50,132 nt of DNA, taken from contig JAHZOA010000005.1 in the NCBI GenBank assembly GCA_020028455.1, positions 1 to 50,132 on the forward strand, given 5' to 3'. Positions 46,820 through 50,132 of the stretch are shown piece after piece. The notes below the pieces were generated by a model that was not told where the DNA came from, did no database searches, and worked only from the letters and a program-made list of their open reading frames with translations. The DNA is from Armatimonadota bacterium. Its GTDB lineage: Bacteria > Sysuimicrobiota > Sysuimicrobiia > Sysuimicrobiales > Kaftiobacteriaceae. A program made the position numbers and the translations under genes. Numbering within the stretch: position 1 is the first letter of the stretch; each line of letters starts with the position of its first letter.

Positions 46820-47637
46820 ACGAGGGGCGTCGGTGATTTTGGATAGGAACCAAGCACGCGGAGGAACGTGGTGACGTCTGTGAGCTCGGCAAGCGCGGCG
46901 GCAGCCTCCGCATCATCCTGGTGGCCATCGAAATCAACATAGAAGACGTACTCCCAGGGGACTTCACGTCGGGGACGTGATTCCAGTTTGGTCAGGTTGA
47001 TCGATCGAGTCGCGAATGCCCCCATCGCGCGGTGTAGTGCGCCGGGGACATTCTTCGTCGTGAAGACAACTGAGGTCTTGCAATCAGAACTATAGGGGGC
47101 AGCGGTCCTGCTGAGGCCTAGGAACTTGGTGTAATTGAACGGGTTCGTCTCGATCCCCTCGGCGAGCGTCGAGAGGTGATAGATTTCCGCGGCACGCCGG
47201 CCTGCAATCGCCCCTACGCCCTTCAGGCGCTGCGCGGCGACGATCCTTGCGCTGCCAGCCGTATCATTCGCGGCAACCGGTTCGAGGTCATGGCTTCGCA
47301 AGAACTCTTCGCACTGCGCCAGCGCCTGCGGATGCGAGTATACCTGTCTGATGGATCCAAGCGTCTGGCCCGACAGCGCGAGCAAATGGTGGCGGATCCG
47401 CAGGTCGATCTCGCCGACGATGAACAGCGCGTACGCAAGGAGCAGATCATACGTTTCGTTGATCGAACCGGCCTGCGAGTTTTCCACTGGCACCACACCG
47501 CCGTCGGCCCGGGCTGCGGAAACCGTCTCAAAGACATCGCGCAACGTTGAGCATGGGATGACCTCGACCTCGCCGTAGAGCGCCGCCGCGGCTTCCTCAC
47601 TGTACGCTCCGCGTTCTCCTTGAAAAGCGACACGCAT
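46816..47637 (-). CDS. pheA: prephenate dehydratase (PDT + ACT)
   Basis: AFQG..GAYSE.A, VPVENS..GS, SHPQALAQC, N.TKF, INLTKLESRP. Confidence 0.94.
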   Translation of the reverse strand: MRVAFQGERGAYSEEAAAALYGEVEVIPCSTLRDVFETVSAARADGGVVPVENSQAGSINETYDLLLAYALFIVGEIDLRIRHHLLALSGQTLGSIRQVYSHPQALAQCEEFLRSHDLEPVAANDTAGSARIVAAQRLKGVGAIAGRRAAEIYHLSTLAEGIETNPFNYTKFLGLSRTAAPYSSDCKTSVVFTTKNVPGALHRAMGAFATRSINLTKLESRPRREVPWEYVFYVDFDGHQDDAEAAAALAELTDVTTFLRVLGSYPKSPTPLV

Positions 47638-47639
47638 GG

Positions 47640-48734
47640 CTAGCGGTAGATGCGCGCTACCCGGGGACCAATGCCGGTCAAAACCTCATACGAGATCGTC
47701 TGAGCCTTCGAGGCGACCTCGTCCACGCTGATTCTCTCTCCGAAGAGCTCGACTTCGTCGTCCACGGAAACGTCGGCGTTCGCCACGTCGACGGTCAGGT
47801 AATCCATGCTCACGCGCCCAACGATGGGGTGCCGTCGATCCCGGATGATCACTTCGCCTTTCGCGCCCGCCAGCCGAGGGTAGCCATCCGCGTAGCCGCA
47901 CGCGACCGTCGCGATGGTCGTTTGCGTTCGTGGGCGAAAGGTGGCGCCATATCCCACTGCCGTACCCGCGGACACGTGTGTGACCCGGACCACGCAGCTC
48001 TTTAGTCTCATGACGGGACGAAGGCCAACCTTATGTTGAAGATGCTGGGCTGGAGAGATTCCATACATCGCGATCCCGATGCGGACCAGATCATAGTGGG
48101 CCGCAGGATATGCGATCGCGGCCGCACTGCTGGCTGCGTGAATCAGGATCTTCGGAAATGCGCGGCGCGCCGTGACAACGGCCGGAGCGAATCGTGCCAG
48201 CTGTTCCTCCGTATAGTGCCGGTCGGGCTCATCAGGGCTGGAGAGATGTGTGTAGCAGCCTTGGAGAGGGATGCCGGCCTCTTTCAGTCTGGAAATTGCC
48301 TGGTCGGCATCGCGGGCCATGATGCCAAGACGGGTCATGCCGGTATCGATCTTGAGGTGAATAGGCGCGCGCGGAAAGCGGCGGAGCCGCAACAAAGCTT
48401 CGAGGAATTCGGGGGAACCGATCGTGATGCTGATCTTGTGCTTTGCCGCGGCGGAAAGTTCACTTGCTCCCACTGGCCCAAGGACGAGAATGTGCACCTT
48501 GATTCCCGCCTGGCGGAGCGCCGACCCCTCCTCGAGCGTCGCTACCCCGAGCCACGTCGCGCCGGCCCGGACCGCGGCCTTCGCCACGTCGACCGCCCCG
48601 TGCCCGTAGCCGTCGGCTTTCACCACTGCCATGACTCGGCAGGACGGCTGCAGATGCTTACGGATTTCTCGAAGATTGTGCTGAACGGCAGACCGATCGA
48701 TTTCTGCCCAGGCACCCCGCTGACCAGGACTCAT
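47640..48734 (-). CDS. alr: alanine racemase
   Basis: AVVKADGYGHG, HLKIDTGM.RLG, GYADG, GRVSMD, TISYE. ATG 48734 overlaps the upstream TGA. Confidence 0.95.
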   Translation of the reverse strand: MSPGQRGAWAEIDRSAVQHNLREIRKHLQPSCRVMAVVKADGYGHGAVDVAKAAVRAGATWLGVATLEEGSALRQAGIKVHILVLGPVGASELSAAAKHKISITIGSPEFLEALLRLRRFPRAPIHLKIDTGMTRLGIMARDADQAISRLKEAGIPLQGCYTHLSSPDEPDRHYTEEQLARFAPAVVTARRAFPKILIHAASSAAAIAYPAAHYDLVRIGIAMYGISPAQHLQHKVGLRPVMRLKSCVVRVTHVSAGTAVGYGATFRPRTQTTIATVACGYADGYPRLAGAKGEVIIRDRRHPIVGRVSMDYLTVDVANADVSVDDEVELFGERISVDEVASKAQTISYEVLTGIGPRVARIYR

Positions 48735-49807
48735 CCTGGATAGCGCCGATACCACTCGTGGCCGTTTTGCACCTGAACCTGATCCCAGCCGCCAATGCTC
48801 TTGTGTGTAAACCAGGGCCGCGCACGATCGGCAACGGCATTGGCCCGTTCGAAATTGGCGAGGCCCTCTGACGTGAGGAGGTCGCGCATGCGCTTTTCAT
48901 GAGGATACGTGGAGACCACTCCTTGCCAGATCGCCCGACCGCACAGAAACCCGCTGGCTCCTGCCTCCACAGCCAGCTCCAGGCTTGCGATAAATTCCTG
49001 GATGTCGACGCCGCCGCTGAGAATCACCCATGGCCTCCCGGCCGCGGCATCAAGTTCGCGGCAGAATGCACGGACCTCACCGAGATCATACACCGCGGGC
49101 CGTTCTTTCTTATCGAATGTCCCGTGACGAAATTCCTGAGTGTATTTCAGGTCGCAAGGAAACTCAAGCTTCATCACGTCAACCTCGTAGGCTCCACTGG
49201 AAAATTCGCGCGCGGCCTCGATCACGTGGTGCGGCCGCTTCCTCGCAAATTCTGGCGTGTCAGTCGTTGCCTGATCAACCGAATACGTGACGACTTCGAG
49301 AAGGAACGGGATGTCCTCGCGGACGCACTCATCGGCCACGGTCCGCACCAAACGCTGCTGGTGGCCTCGTACCTCGCTGGAGGCCTCAGGAGTGTAGTGG
49401 ATGAGCAACTTCACAGCGTTGGCACCAGCACGCTTGGTCTTGGCCACCGACCATCCATCGATCAGTCGGCCCTTGCGCTCCCTCCCCCCAGGGCCCGCCG
49501 GATCATACCCTGACTCCTCGGATGCCACGAGAATGCCGACACGGTGAGGGATAATCTTGACGGCTCGCGGCAACGCGTACACAGGATCGATGAGCGTTGC
49601 CGTAGAGGGAGCCGCGAGGACCTCAATGATGAGCTGTTTTGTCTTCGCCATCTCCTCATGTGTGACGTCCTCGGGCTCGCGTCCAGTGACCTTCGCAAGC
49701 GCCGCTTGCAATGATGCCCGCTGGTCAACGGCCAACATCTTAAATCGTCCGGCGGCGTCGGCCAGTCGCAGCAAATTCACCAGCTTTCCGCTAGAGAACA
49801 TCGCCAA
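48731..49807 (-). CDS. class I tagatose-1,6-bisphosphate aldolase family (LacD/YihT-like)
   Basis: MLAVDQR, AVKLL..Y, PF.LE, DV.KLEFP, PWVILSGGV, GASGFLCGRAIW. Confidence 0.88.
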   Translation of the reverse strand: MAMFSSGKLVNLLRLADAAGRFKMLAVDQRASLQAALAKVTGREPEDVTHEEMAKTKQLIIEVLAAPSTATLIDPVYALPRAVKIIPHRVGILVASEESGYDPAGPGGRERKGRLIDGWSVAKTKRAGANAVKLLIHYTPEASSEVRGHQQRLVRTVADECVREDIPFLLEVVTYSVDQATTDTPEFARKRPHHVIEAAREFSSGAYEVDVMKLEFPCDLKYTQEFRHGTFDKKERPAVYDLGEVRAFCRELDAAAGRPWVILSGGVDIQEFIASLELAVEAGASGFLCGRAIWQGVVSTYPHEKRMRDLLTSEGLANFERANAVADRARPWFTHKSIGGWDQVQVQNGHEWYRRYPG

Positions 49808-49823
49808 ACCTGCCTCCGCTACC

Positions 49824-50051
49824 GTCTACTGGGTCTACCGAGTCTTCCGAGTCTTATGAGTCTACTGGGTCTGCACCCTCTCTCCGTGAGTCTACAGAGT
49901 CTGTGAGTCTACAGAGTCCCATGAGTCTACCAGGATTCTTCAGAATTATCGTTAGACTCGGAAGACCCATTAGACACGGTCGACTCATAGACTCAAGTTA
50001 GGAGGGTGCAGACTCAGAAGACACTGTAGACCCAGTAGACTCGGTAGACTC
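49824..50051. repeat. ~230-bp imperfect palindrome built from 9-mer arrays (GAGTCTACN)n ... (NGTAGACTC)n
   Basis: About 11 units left and 10 units right. The interruption GGGTCTGCACCCTC is mirrored by GAGGGTGCAGACTC; centre near 49940. Confidence 0.9.
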
Positions 50052-50053
50052 TT

Positions 50054-50132
50054 TCAGTGCGGCGGCAAGCTCTGGATATTGCCGGCTGCAATCCTCAAGA
50101 GGGATCCCGCGAAAGTGGCATTCGCTGGCCTG
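50054..50132 (-). CDS. possible 3' end of an upstream gene (unidentified)
   Basis: Open frame ...NATFAGSLLRIAAGNIQSLPPH-TGA ends just before the palindrome; too short to identify. Confidence 0.35.
   Translation of the reverse strand, partial: RPANATFAGSLLRIAAGNIQSLPPH

Noticed and set aside
49824-50051. CRISPR array
   Set aside because: Units are 9 nt, directly tandem and inverted between arms. There are no 23-47 nt repeats with unique spacers and no cas genes.

Overview
GC-rich bacterial core-genome window with almost every gene on the minus strand. Reading right to left (the direction of transcription): lacD-like aldolase, alr, pheA, pxpBC fusion, dcyD-like, a hypothetical, a C26 gamma-glutamyl hydrolase and a ctaA-ctaB fusion; an MFS gene (+ strand); rpoZ, a BsuPI-like gene, tRNA-Met(CAU), tilS, ftsH; an ECF S-component and a cysteine hydrolase; a histidine-utilisation/folate block (membrane protein, hutH, hutU, ASCH, Gfo/Idh/MocA, formiminotransferase, hutI, cyclodeaminase, folB, folK, birA, DmpA-like peptidase); ATP-dependent ligase, nfeD, tsaE-tsaB-rimI-tsaD; CIRCE-controlled groES-groEL; a 12-gene purine operon preceded by PurBox-like sites; a DUF92 gene (+); and the promoter and 5' end of a 16S rRNA gene. 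No transposase, phage or CRISPR genes are visible. The most unusual signal is in the small repeats. At least ten gene junctions carry short 7-9-mer tandem arrays, usually as two inverted arms, and the repeat unit mostly differs between sites. There are also three copies of a covarying ~85-100 bp structured element and two other REP-like motifs. Several of these have entered coding sequence and supply stop codons, start codons, terminal extensions or a fusion linker. TilS appears to lack its PP-loop. Family assignments are from motif recognition by eye; no searches were run.
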